From Fidelibacterota bacterium (GTDB taxonomy: Bacteria; Fidelibacterota; Marinisomatia; Marinisomatales; UBA1611): 64,000 nucleotides of DNA. Position 1 is the stretch's first letter, and every line of letters begins with the position of its first letter. The notes under the pieces were generated by a model. That model was given only the letters and a program-made list of their open reading frames with translations, was not told the origin of the DNA and did no database searches. Position numbers and translations under genes: made by a program. This document shows positions 1-9,187 of this stretch, one piece after another. The stretch is taken from positions 12,904-76,903 of the forward strand of contig JABHUQ010000006.1 of assembly GCA_018658715.1 (NCBI GenBank), given 5' to 3'.

Positions 1-666
1 TGTACCCAAACTAATAGTTAACATTTGATATACAACACTCATCATTTCGTCTTTCATTGACTGCAACTTGTCTAAAGTTTCTCCATCTTTGCTCGCATTT
101 CTAAGATCAATGGCAAAGCCACGTAACTTTCTAGTTATCATTCGATTCATTCGCATGGATGCACTACTTTGATATGTCTCTGGCATTTCTGATTTTGGTA
201 CAACACCATATTTTTTAATCAAATTCACAAACATATGCCACTGCCCTCCATCTTGGATAGGATCAGACAATAAATGCATCACTAATCGTCCATCTCTTGG
301 CTCATCAACGGATCTCAAAATGCTTTCCAAAAAGTAATTTGATTTTTCCATTTTATCCCAAAACATGAAATAATTTTGACTGAATTCAAACTCTTTTAGG
401 TTATATCGCCTGCCTAAATAAATGCGAAATAAATTTAGTCCTGCAAAACCCCAACATCTACCACTAGATTTTTGGTTTGTCACTTTCATTTCACCAGTCA
501 CAACATCAGAAAAGTTGTGGTCAATTCGTCTAAAAGCATCCCAATCTAATGCAATATCTACAAAGTTTGATTTTATAGATGCATTTCGCGCCATTCGAAT
601 TTGCGGGTTGGACAATGCTTTATTTTTATAATGTTCTAATGAATCCATTGAAATATGTTTACTCAT
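1..666 (-). CDS. pepC: Aminopeptidase C / bleomycin hydrolase (cysteine peptidase family C1B), N-terminal part; the gene runs off the window start
   Basis: Not in the ORF track because there is no stop in the window. My translation of the minus strand from the ATG at 666-664 gives MSKHISMDSLEHYKNKALSNPQIRMARNASIKSNF...VTNQKSSGRCWGFAGLNLFRI. QKSSGRCW is the C1B active-site Cys motif. Track ORF 422..631(+) is antisense to it. Confidence 0.8.
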   Translation of the reverse strand, partial: MSKHISMDSLEHYKNKALSNPQIRMARNASIKSNFVDIALDWDAFRRIDHNFSDVVTGEMKVTNQKSSGRCWGFAGLNLFRIYLGRRYNLKEFEFSQNYFMFWDKMEKSNYFLESILRSVDEPRDGRLVMHLLSDPIQDGGQWHMFVNLIKKYGVVPKSEMPETYQSSASMRMNRMITRKLRGFAIDLRNASKDGETLDKLQSMKDEMMSVVYQMLTISLGT

Positions 667-677
667 GTTTCCCTCTA

Positions 678-1223
678 TTAATACATGCTCATTATGCCAA
701 GCATTGTTAAAATAAAATACAATACAATGGTAGCCGCACCATCATAATCCTTTGCAAGCCGTTGCCCAAAAAAGAGAGCAATTAATGTAAATGACGAAAT
801 AAGTAATCCATTGAAAATCATCATTGTAGTTTGGTCTGTAATTGCATAAACCACACCATATGCTAGGAGTCCTCCTGCGGTTAGTTCCATAACTGTAATC
901 AATGTTAATGCAATAGAAGAAACTTTACTTAATGGAGAATTCGCAAATTGGTTCTTAAAATAATCTATATTCCCTTTTCTGTCTACAATTTTATCTATAC
1001 CAGATTGTATGAAGGCAATGGATAAAAATATGGCTATTAACATTTGGCCCAATACTAATGGGCCTTTGACGTGTATCCCTAAAATTTCTATTCGTCCGTC
1101 TGGATATTTTTCTTCAATAGTTTGGCCCCCTCTAACTAATCCGGGAATTGAAATTTCAGCAAGCAGATTTGATCCAATCACGATAATTAGTATTGTAATT
1201 ATTAAGGCTGTTTTCTGTTTCAT
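678..1223 (-). CDS. Small integral membrane protein, weakly DoxX-like
   Basis: 181-aa ORF with an N-terminal TM segment plus 3-4 further hydrophobic segments. The family assignment is by eye only. Confidence 0.4.
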   Translation of the reverse strand: MKQKTALIITILIIVIGSNLLAEISIPGLVRGGQTIEEKYPDGRIEILGIHVKGPLVLGQMLIAIFLSIAFIQSGIDKIVDRKGNIDYFKNQFANSPLSKVSSIALTLITVMELTAGGLLAYGVVYAITDQTTMMIFNGLLISSFTLIALFFGQRLAKDYDGAATIVLYFILTMLGIMSMY

Positions 1224-1237
1224 ATGTCCTCCTTTAC

Positions 1238-1951
1238 TTATGAAATGAGTTCTGTTATTTTTGTTCTAATAAGGGATTGAAGTTCTTCCAATGATAAATT
1301 TTTGTATTTGTCGCCCATAATTGGCTCTCCATAATGAATCGTAATTATGCCTGGCTTTAATCGCCAATCAAATTTTTTTTTGGCATCAAATACGCCAATA
1401 AGCCCAACAGGAACGATGGTAACACCTGTATTTTTACTTACATGGAATGGCCCTTTTTTAAAAGGTCCCAATTCGCGAGATAGGGTGCGTGTTCCTTCGG
1501 GAGAAATAAGAAAAGAAATTCCGTCTCGAATAGCATCTTCAGCTTTATTAAGACTGTGGATAGCTTGGCCTAATTCTTTTCTTACAATGGGAATCATACC
1601 ATATTTTTTTACAATAGCCCCATATAAAGGATATTTTAATTGTTCATATGCACCAACTCCTGTTACATAATGTGTACATGTTGCACCTAACATAAAATGG
1701 TCAAACATAGATTCATGGTTAATCATATATAGATAGGGTTCTCCTGAAGGATCTGGCGGTGTCCCTTTTGTTTTTAAATATTGACCTGCTGACAAAAGCA
1801 ATAATCTAGACATTGGTCTTAGAAAATAATGTAAATATTTTTTTGGCAATAACATGATTAAAACATAAAGTATGGAGCCCGTAAATAGAAATGTAGTCAT
1901 AAATAATGGCCACAAAATAATTGATATAATTGTTTTAAATATTCCAATCAT
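1238..1951 (-). CDS. plsC: 1-acyl-sn-glycerol-3-phosphate acyltransferase
   Basis: H(X)4D acyltransferase motif NHESMFD, a PEGTRT motif and an N-terminal TM segment. Confidence 0.8.
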   Translation of the reverse strand: MIGIFKTIISIILWPLFMTTFLFTGSILYVLIMLLPKKYLHYFLRPMSRLLLLSAGQYLKTKGTPPDPSGEPYLYMINHESMFDHFMLGATCTHYVTGVGAYEQLKYPLYGAIVKKYGMIPIVRKELGQAIHSLNKAEDAIRDGISFLISPEGTRTLSRELGPFKKGPFHVSKNTGVTIVPVGLIGVFDAKKKFDWRLKPGIITIHYGEPIMGDKYKNLSLEELQSLIRTKITELIS

Positions 1952-3005
1952 TTTGATCTAAAATTTTAAATAGTTTATGATTCGCTGCAGGGAATGGATA
2001 CTGCTTTATTTCATTTGGAGTAATCCAAGTATTTGGCAATTCTGTTTTAGGTGTTTGTTCATCTATAGAACAATGGAATACAGTTAAATCTATTGAAAAA
2101 TGGCTGAATACATGTTTCACTGCACCAGCCTTACCGTGAATGGTTGGCTCTATGTTGCATTCTTCTTTTAATTCTCGTTTTAAGGCGCCTTCAACAGTTT
2201 CGCCTTTTTCTACTTTTCCGCCTGGGAATTCCCACAATCCACCTAGAAGACTTTTTGCTGATCTTTTTTGGATGAAAAATTTATCATTATCCCAAATAAG
2301 CCCAGCTGCCACATTGTAATGAGGCGATTTTTTCTTTTTTCTTTTTTCTGGGTATAATTCCGGATTACCAGAATCCATAGCAAAACACATTGTATTTATG
2401 GGGCATTGTTTACACATAGGTTTTTGTGGTGTACAAATAGATGAACCTAAATCCATTAATGCTTGGTTAAAGTCTCCGGGGCGATGATGCTCAATTTCTC
2501 TTTCTAAATAATTTCTTATTCTTTTTTGGGCCTGTGCTCCCATCTTTTTCCGACCTAATATCCGAGATGAGACACGGCGAATATTTCCATCAATTGCGGG
2601 GATAGATTTATTGAACGCAATTGACATAACAGCGGCAGCTGTATATGGACCTACACCAGGGAGTCTTAAAAATTCATTGTAATTATTAGGTATTACACCA
2701 TCATAATTTTTCATTACAATCTGTGTAGCCTTTTGAAAATTCCTACACCGAGAGTAGTACCCTAATCCTTCCCACAATTTTAATACTTCTTGCTCTGTGG
2801 CGTTTGCCACATCATTTAATGTGGGAAATATATTTATCCACCGATTAAAATATGGGATCATCGTATTGACCTGAGTTTGCTGAAGCATTATTTCCGACAA
2901 CCATGTAAAATATGGATTCTTTATATCCCTAAATGGTAAACTACGTTTATTCTCATCATACCAAGATAATATACTTTCTTTAAAAGACATATTTGTATTA
3001 TACAA
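1935..3005 (-). CDS. mutY: A/G-specific adenine DNA glycosylase
   Basis: HhH-GPD region (GLGYYSRCRNF), a 4Fe-4S Cys cluster (CTPQKPMCKQCPINTMC) and a NUDIX-like C-terminal domain (GGLWEFPGGKVE). Confidence 0.9.
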   Translation of the reverse strand: MYNTNMSFKESILSWYDENKRSLPFRDIKNPYFTWLSEIMLQQTQVNTMIPYFNRWINIFPTLNDVANATEQEVLKLWEGLGYYSRCRNFQKATQIVMKNYDGVIPNNYNEFLRLPGVGPYTAAAVMSIAFNKSIPAIDGNIRRVSSRILGRKKMGAQAQKRIRNYLEREIEHHRPGDFNQALMDLGSSICTPQKPMCKQCPINTMCFAMDSGNPELYPEKRKKKKSPHYNVAAGLIWDNDKFFIQKRSAKSLLGGLWEFPGGKVEKGETVEGALKRELKEECNIEPTIHGKAGAVKHVFSHFSIDLTVFHCSIDEQTPKTELPNTWITPNEIKQYPFPAANHKLFKILDQNDWNI

Positions 3006-3432
3006 TTTTATTCTTATCCAAAATATATTTTGATAAAGTCCATTGAAAGGAAGACAGGATTTCTCTTACCTCGTCTCGGTCATCCATAGAAACTGTTGAT
3101 TCAATTTTATCTCCTAAAACATCAATATTTGATTCAATTTCTTCCTGAATACTCGTTCCAATTTCGGTTAATCGTACAAGTATGACACGCCTATCGTAGG
3201 GATCTTTTTCTTTTTCTACCCACTTTTTCTTTATTAATCTATCAACCATTCGAGTGGCTGTACTATTATCAATTCCTAAGGTGCTTGAAAAAGTGGACAT
3301 ATTTATTCCGCGATCAGGTATAATTGACATGGCCAGTGCTTGTGGGAGAGAGAGAGAATTGGACGTTACTTCGGTACGATATAATCCCTGAAGGTTTAGT
3401 AAAAACGATTTTAATAATTCCCCAAATTCCAT
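2998..3432 (-). CDS. MarR-family transcriptional regulator
   Basis: 144 aa with a winged-HTH pattern (STATRMVDRLIKKKWVEKEKDPYDRRVILVRLTEIG). Confidence 0.8.
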   Translation of the reverse strand: MEFGELLKSFLLNLQGLYRTEVTSNSLSLPQALAMSIIPDRGINMSTFSSTLGIDNSTATRMVDRLIKKKWVEKEKDPYDRRVILVRLTEIGTSIQEEIESNIDVLGDKIESTVSMDDRDEVREILSSFQWTLSKYILDKNKIV

Positions 3433-3451
3433 ATTTGTATATTACAAATAT
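3431..3451. promoter_or_regulatory. Perfect 9-bp inverted repeat ATATTTGTA-TAT-TACAAATAT abutting the marR start codon; candidate MarR operator
   Basis: Read directly from the sequence. It overlaps the marR ATG (3432-3430) and sits in the 40-bp gap after the lipase gene. Confidence 0.35.
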
Positions 3452-3472
3452 TTATATCATATTCAAAGAAAA

Positions 3473-4678
3473 CTAATCAACAGGTAGATTCTTCAACCTT
3501 TTTGCATGATTGTAATATAATGATTTTGCTTTAGACCACTCTTCAGACGATAATGTATGTCCAATAACACTCCAGTGATCTAAGTCGTATGGCCCTAAAG
3601 TGTACCACTGACCCGGAATTAATAAATCATTTTCCTGATACTCAATAATTGGGTCTGGCCCATTTGCTCCCGTCTTAGGCCCAGTCATAGAAATAGTATT
3701 TACAACACCATCATTATTAAACCAGGTGGAGTCAGTAGATGATCCATCTCTCCAATAAGAAATAGTAGAACCTAATATTTTTGCTCTTGGGCGTATCAAG
3801 AGAGTTGCATCTTGCCTAGGAATATAGAAACCTGTTAATGTGTCTAAATATGTTGCTGTTGTTTGAAATGAAAAATAATAAACATTTGGGTCTACAATTA
3901 AAGACCCATTTAATTCTTTCGCGCCTTCTAAGCTTAAATCCCAAGCACAAATATTTTTTGTTCCCCACGCTGGATGATCTTTCATCCTACGTCGATAAGA
4001 TGACCATGTCTCATTTTCTTCTCTAGAAAAACCCCAATGTTCTAAATCAAAATCATAAAATCCAGATCCAACAACATTAGCAATTCCAATGATGTTTTGA
4101 AGGTATGGAAAAGTTTTTATCACAATATTTGCTAAAGTTGTACCATCGTGTGGTGTAGAAATACTTGTAATGGATGCTATCCATCCATTTTGTTCTTTAC
4201 CAAGTAATTCACTTTGTTCAAGTTCATTGTTCGTAGTGTCAGAAATAACAACCTGAGATAATTGATATTGTAACATTCTTATTGTTTGCCCGCCCATACT
4301 ATGACCCATTAAATGAACAGGATGATTTTCATCCCACTCTGGATACAAACCATCATACTTTTTCCCGGGCTTTTGGATGATTCCATATTCATTAGCATGC
4401 GCTTCACCATAATCAATGTCTCCCCCTTTTAATTGGGTATAAACCTCTATAGCTCGTTCCCAATTAGATGATACAGGACCTACTGATACAGTAAAAACTT
4501 TATACCCCTTTTCTTCTAGTAACGCTTCAATGTCTTGTGGGCCACCCCAATATTTATATCCACCTAATTCCTCTGGTCCCCACCCTAAAAATCCATGGAC
4601 CAAAACAATAGGATAATTATTTTCAGCTTTAAGGAATACAACCAATAAGGCAAATAATAGTATAAATATTTTCTTCAA
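3473..4678 (-). CDS. Secreted triacylglycerol lipase (alpha/beta hydrolase)
   Basis: Signal peptide, oxyanion region PIVLVHGFLGWG and nucleophile elbow GHSMGG. Apparent TTG start overlapping the upstream stop (TTGA). Confidence 0.75.
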   Translation of the reverse strand: MKKIFILLFALLVVFLKAENNYPIVLVHGFLGWGPEELGGYKYWGGPQDIEALLEEKGYKVFTVSVGPVSSNWERAIEVYTQLKGGDIDYGEAHANEYGIIQKPGKKYDGLYPEWDENHPVHLMGHSMGGQTIRMLQYQLSQVVISDTTNNELEQSELLGKEQNGWIASITSISTPHDGTTLANIVIKTFPYLQNIIGIANVVGSGFYDFDLEHWGFSREENETWSSYRRRMKDHPAWGTKNICAWDLSLEGAKELNGSLIVDPNVYYFSFQTTATYLDTLTGFYIPRQDATLLIRPRAKILGSTISYWRDGSSTDSTWFNNDGVVNTISMTGPKTGANGPDPIIEYQENDLLIPGQWYTLGPYDLDHWSVIGHTLSSEEWSKAKSLYYNHAKRLKNLPVD

Positions 4679-5583
4679 AATTTGCCACCAAATTCAATGC
4701 CATTGACCCAACCGCCTGTTCCATAAAAATAAGACCCCATCCCAATACTAAAATCTTTTCCTGAATAGTTTAAACCAAACCCCGTTCCACTTATTGCACT
4801 CTGCGAGACAGATTGTTGAATATTTTGATTAATTCTTTGGGATGAAGTTCCCATACGAATTTGTATTCCATTAGCTAATTTAAATTCACCAGATAATATA
4901 ATATTTAATTTTTCTGTCTGAAATGAATATGGTACTTCTAGCATAATTTGTAAAGGTAAGTGTACCAATGTTTTAGAAATACTAATAGCCACCTGTGCGG
5001 GAAGTGATTCTTTATATTCTGTATAGCTTGATAAAGGTATGCCAAAGTTTTCTACGTTTAATCCAATAAAAGATTGAATACGAGGAATATTTAATAAAAC
5101 ACCTCCATTGAAAGCAATGGCTAAAGATGAATAATTATATAATTGGCTATAAAAAAGTGACGAACTTAAACCCCACCTAATTGGAATATTTGAAATCTTT
5201 TTACTAATAGATCCTGTAACCATTGTTTCGCCGGATTGATATTTACCAGTTTCGTTGGCACTTTCATCGTATCCATCAAAAATTCCAAATGATTGATGTC
5301 TAAAGCTTAAATTTTTAGTCAATCTTTCAGATGGGAACAAGATGGAAAAGGATTCTAAACGAATGTCTGCTGGAAATTGAATTAAGCTTGCATGAAATTG
5401 TCGCTGACTTTCATATGAGAGAACTGCCGGATTAAGGCGATCGCCCTCCGCGCCATACAATATACGACCGCCACCCGCCAAAGCAATTCTAGGCGTATGA
5501 GACCAGGTTAATAAGCCCGGGTAAGAAATATCTCCAAAAACACAGGTTAATCCTAGTGCAATAATTGTTATTATTTTGTTCAT
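4675..5583 (-). CDS. PorQ/PorV-family-like outer membrane beta-barrel
   Basis: Signal peptide. The N-terminal pattern TPRIALAGGGRILYGAEGDRLNPAVL resembles the PorV/PorQ signature (aR.aALGG...D...NPA). Alternating beta-strand pattern with a C-terminal Phe (GGKF). Confidence 0.45.
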   Translation of the reverse strand: MNKIITIIALGLTCVFGDISYPGLLTWSHTPRIALAGGGRILYGAEGDRLNPAVLSYESQRQFHASLIQFPADIRLESFSILFPSERLTKNLSFRHQSFGIFDGYDESANETGKYQSGETMVTGSISKKISNIPIRWGLSSSLFYSQLYNYSSLAIAFNGGVLLNIPRIQSFIGLNVENFGIPLSSYTEYKESLPAQVAISISKTLVHLPLQIMLEVPYSFQTEKLNIILSGEFKLANGIQIRMGTSSQRINQNIQQSVSQSAISGTGFGLNYSGKDFSIGMGSYFYGTGGWVNGIEFGGKF

Positions 5584-7814
5584 TATAATAGACTTAGTGG
5601 ATTTACATTAACACTCATTTTTATATGGTTGGATTTCATTTGTGTTTCAAAAAAGTTTTTTTCCAAAAATGAATGTAACTTTTTTCCATTAGGGTCCAAT
5701 TCCCTTGATATCTTAAAAACAATTTGAGTCCTATAATTTCCTCTAAGTTTTTCAAAATAACATGGTGCTGGTCCTAAAACATCCAATCCTTTAAATCTTC
5801 CTTTTAACATTTGCATCATTTTTAAGGAAGAATTTTCAACTGATTGTTGATTTTGACCTGTAAAAACAACTTTTGCGATCCAACTGAATGGCGGATAGTT
5901 CAGCTCCTTTCTTTCACTCATAATTATATTATAATATGCTTTTAAGTCGAGTTTTGCTGCCTTTTTTATAACTGGATTTTCGCTATTATATGTCTGAATA
6001 ACAACTTCACCAAGTTTAGATCTCCTGCCTGCCCTTCCGGAAGCTTGATATATTAATTGAAAAATTCTTTCTCCTGCTCGGAAATCGGGTAAATGGAGTC
6101 CGACATCTGCGTTAATGATTCCAACGAGAGTAGCATTGCTAAAATCCAATCCTTTAGCAATCATTTGTGTGCCAATCAAAATATCAATTTCGCCCTTTTC
6201 AAATGATTGTAATATAGCAGTAATTTTTGCACCAGATTTTGTTGTATCTAAATCTAATCGCTTTATTTTTGCTTTCGGAAATGTTTCTTCAAGTATACTT
6301 TCCACACGTTGTGTGCCAGTCCCGAAAAATTTCATATTTGGAGAATGGCAGGAATTACATGATTCACTTATTCCATCTGGAGAATACCCGCAATAGTGAC
6401 ATATAAGTTTTTTTTTATTTCTATGAAATGTTAATGACACATTGCAATGCCTACAAGAAACAACTTCACCACAATCACCACATCTCATTACTGGAGAATA
6501 GCCGCGCCTATTTTGTAATAAAATAACTTGTTCACCTTTTCCAAGTCTGTCTTCTATTTTGTCTTGAAGTAACCCTGAAAGTATTAGGCCGTATTTACCC
6601 GACTCTTCTTGATCTTTTATCATATCAACAATGTGAGTTTGTGGATATTTTGCACCACCAAATCTTTTTGACAGGTGTAATAAATCTAATTTACCCAATA
6701 TTTGATTATAATAACTTTCCAAACTCGGCGTTGCGCTTGCTAATACTACAGCTGATTTTTCATATCGACCTCGAACCAAGGCAACATCCCTTGCGTGATA
6801 CCGTGGGGCGGGTGCTTCCTGCTTAAAGGAGCTTTCTTGTTCTTCATCTATCACAATAAGACCCACTTTTTTTAATGGGGAAAAAATGGCACTTCGAGCA
6901 CCTATAACAACTTTAAATGTGTCGCTACAAATTTCTTTCCAAGTCCAAGCTCTTTGTGCGGGTGTAAGCTTAGAGTGCCAAAGTGCTACTTCTTCGCCAA
7001 AAACAGAACGAAAACGACCAGCAATCTGAGGGGTTAAACTAATTTCGGGTAATAGAATAATAACCGTCTTCCCTGATTGAATAGCATTGCGAGCAGCTTC
7101 AATATAAATTTCAGTTTTGCCACTTCCTGTAACACCGTGCAACAAAAAAGGTTGGTATATATTATTAGAAATCGCTTTCGATATTTTATCAATTGTTTCT
7201 GCTTGTTCTTTATTAAACTTTATTTTCTTTTGGACTGGATCAAATGTAAATCCTGTAACATCAGGGGGAGAGACTATCTCTGACATTCTTACGAATCCTT
7301 TTGATTTCAGCTTTCTACATATATCTAATGGGTTAGAAACATATTCATTTAACGTAGTTATTAATGTGCGTTTTTTAGAATGATATAGAATTTCAGCAAT
7401 TGTTGCTTGCGCTTTTGCTCTTACTGGTATTGATAATAAATTTTCTTCAGTAAATGAATCACATATTTCGACCATCCATTTTATGGGTGGTTTATATTTT
7501 AGTGATAATGATGCTGGAAGTACACTTTTTGCAACTTGTCCTAAAGGAGTTAAATAATATTGACTCATCCACAGAATGACATTCCAAAGATGTTTACTTA
7601 AAATTGGACTACTATCTACCACATCCGAAATAGACTTGGTTTTTCCTTTAAAAGAATTCATCTTTGAAATACCAACTACAATCCCGACAACCACCCGTTT
7701 CCCAAAGGATGTTTTGACGCGTATACCCACTTGTATGCTCTTCTGAAATGTTTCAGGAACTTTATAAGTGAACGTTTGATAACTAGATATTGGAAATGCT
7801 ACTTGTACAAACAT
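5583..7814 (-). CDS. priA: Primosomal protein N' (replication restart helicase)
   Basis: Walker A GVTGSGKTE, DEEQE box and a Cys-rich zinc-binding insert (CGDCGEVVSCRHC...CHYCGY). Confidence 0.9.
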   Translation of the reverse strand: MFVQVAFPISSYQTFTYKVPETFQKSIQVGIRVKTSFGKRVVVGIVVGISKMNSFKGKTKSISDVVDSSPILSKHLWNVILWMSQYYLTPLGQVAKSVLPASLSLKYKPPIKWMVEICDSFTEENLLSIPVRAKAQATIAEILYHSKKRTLITTLNEYVSNPLDICRKLKSKGFVRMSEIVSPPDVTGFTFDPVQKKIKFNKEQAETIDKISKAISNNIYQPFLLHGVTGSGKTEIYIEAARNAIQSGKTVIILLPEISLTPQIAGRFRSVFGEEVALWHSKLTPAQRAWTWKEICSDTFKVVIGARSAIFSPLKKVGLIVIDEEQESSFKQEAPAPRYHARDVALVRGRYEKSAVVLASATPSLESYYNQILGKLDLLHLSKRFGGAKYPQTHIVDMIKDQEESGKYGLILSGLLQDKIEDRLGKGEQVILLQNRRGYSPVMRCGDCGEVVSCRHCNVSLTFHRNKKKLICHYCGYSPDGISESCNSCHSPNMKFFGTGTQRVESILEETFPKAKIKRLDLDTTKSGAKITAILQSFEKGEIDILIGTQMIAKGLDFSNATLVGIINADVGLHLPDFRAGERIFQLIYQASGRAGRRSKLGEVVIQTYNSENPVIKKAAKLDLKAYYNIIMSERKELNYPPFSWIAKVVFTGQNQQSVENSSLKMMQMLKGRFKGLDVLGPAPCYFEKLRGNYRTQIVFKISRELDPNGKKLHSFLEKNFFETQMKSNHIKMSVNVNPLSLL

Positions 7815-7890
7815 GGTTAAAATTGTTAAAAGATTGGACAGTAATGAAAGGAAAACGTTTGAGTTTTTATATTTATTTTAAATAAAAAAA

Positions 7891-7915
7891 AAGCCTCCAT
7901 ACGGAGGCTTTTTTT
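7891..7915 (-). terminator. Rho-independent terminator after rplI (hairpin flanked by A-run and T-run, so formally bidirectional)
   Basis: AAGCCTCC-ATAC-GGAGGCTT, preceded by A9 and followed by T5. Confidence 0.7.
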
Positions 7916-7929
7916 GCAATGAATTAAAT

Positions 7930-8373
7930 TTATGTTGTAATAACATAAACCTTTATTTCGCCACTTAACTCAGATGTAACTTTTACAGGAATTCGATAAA
8001 TACCCAAAGCTTTAATTGGCTCATCTAATAGAATATTATGTCTGTCAACAGACAATCCTTTTTCTTCTAAACTTTTTTGAAGATCCATTGTTGTAACAGA
8101 CCCAAACATTTTTTCATCGTCACCAACTTGAACTTCAATTGTAATTTCCGTTTTATTTAATTCAGCCAATTGACTTTCAAATGCAGCTGATTCTCTTTTG
8201 ATTCGAGATTTAGCAACTTTTTTTCGTTCATCTGCGATAGCTCTATTTTTCTTTGATGCTCTTAAGGCTAATCCTTCTGGAATAAGTTTATTCCTCGCAT
8301 ATCCGGGTTTTACCCGAATAATGTCACCTGCTTCGCCCAAACTATCTACATCATGTAATAATATAATTTCCAT
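7930..8373 (-). CDS. rplI: 50S ribosomal protein L9
   Basis: MEIILLHDVDSLGEAGDIIRVKPGYARNKLIP is a typical L9 N-terminus. Confidence 0.9.
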   Translation of the reverse strand: MEIILLHDVDSLGEAGDIIRVKPGYARNKLIPEGLALRASKKNRAIADERKKVAKSRIKRESAAFESQLAELNKTEITIEVQVGDDEKMFGSVTTMDLQKSLEEKGLSVDRHNILLDEPIKALGIYRIPVKVTSELSGEIKVYVITT

Positions 8374-8387
8374 TTTTAAATCTCCCT

Positions 8388-8615
8388 TTATTCAACACCA
8401 GTATCAGAAAATGGCATGAGACCAATCATTCTAGATTGTTTGATTGCTCTAACTAATTTACGATGCATTTTTGCGCTTGTTCCTGTTACACGTCTTGGCA
8501 TGATTTTCCCTTGATCGTTTACAAAACGACGGAGAAGTTTCACATCCTTGTAATCAACATCTGAAACGTTGTTTTCTTTAAAATAACAATATTTTCTTCT
8601 CGATGTAAAAGCCAT
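8388..8615 (-). CDS. rpsR: 30S ribosomal protein S18
   Basis: DYKDVKLLRRFVNDQGKIMPRRVTGTSAKMHRKLVRAIKQSR. Confidence 0.9.
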   Translation of the reverse strand: MAFTSRRKYCYFKENNVSDVDYKDVKLLRRFVNDQGKIMPRRVTGTSAKMHRKLVRAIKQSRMIGLMPFSDTGVE

Positions 8616-9187
8616 TATTCAGTCTCCTTTTCTGTATCATCTGATTCAGTTACTTCTTCTGGTGCTTCTTCGGTTTCAACAGTTTCTTCAGATGTTTCCT
8701 TTTCTTCTGCAACCACTTCTTGAACGTCATCATCAATTGATTCATCTTCACTTGATTCTGGTGCTTCTTCTGGCGCTTCTTTGGTTTCAACAGTTTCTTC
8801 TGTTTCTAGAGTAGGTTTTTCTGTTGCTTTTTCTTCAGTTTTTTCAAAAACAGGAGCATCAATCTTAGGTGGCTCAACTTCTAAACGCGTCGTTAAATGA
8901 CGTAACACAGATGTATTTAATTTCAGCCATGTATCAAATTCAGCCATAGACCCTGTTTCTCCTCCTGCATATTGCATAAGAATAAAAGTGCCGTACTTTT
9001 GTTTCTGAATAGGGTAAGCTAAACGTTTTTTACCCCAAACATGGTGGTTAATTGTTTTTGAATTAGTTTTTTGTAACTCTACACCAACTTCTGAAATAAT
9101 TGTTTCTACTCTTTTATCTTCAAAATTGGGATTTACGATATACAACGTTTCATAATATCTCATTGTTTTTTTCCTTTCACTAGGCAA
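8615..9187 (-). CDS. rpsF: 30S ribosomal protein S6 with a ~85-aa encoded acidic C-terminal extension
   Basis: S6 core ([11 protein letters not shown]...KRLAYPI) followed by an E/T/D-rich tail. rpsF-rpsR-rplI order without ssb. Confidence 0.85.
   Translation of the reverse strand: MPSERKKTMRYYETLYIVNPNFEDKRVETIISEVGVELQKTNSKTINHHVWGKKRLAYPIQKQKYGTFILMQYAGGETGSMAEFDTWLKLNTSVLRHLTTRLEVEPPKIDAPVFEKTEEKATEKPTLETEETVETKEAPEEAPESSEDESIDDDVQEVVAEEKETSEETVETEEAPEEVTESDDTEKETE
8653..8800 (-). repeat. In-frame 111-nt-period duplication inside the rpsF acidic tail
   Basis: The 37-nt blocks 8653-8689 and 8764-8800 are 35/37 identical. They encode [13 protein letters not shown] and [13 protein letters not shown]. 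Confidence 0.7.

Noticed and set aside
422-631. Track ORF (69 aa, + strand), and many similar 60-110-aa ORFs across the window. Examples: 1009..1248, 1347..1670, 6115..6396, 9544..9834, 16754..17029, 20850..21107, 25054..25299, 34845..35099, 39598..39828, 41773..42021, 49892..50215.
   Set aside because: Each lies antisense to, or out of frame within, a long ORF with clear family motifs. They have low-complexity or odd composition and no start context. I treated them as shadow ORFs.
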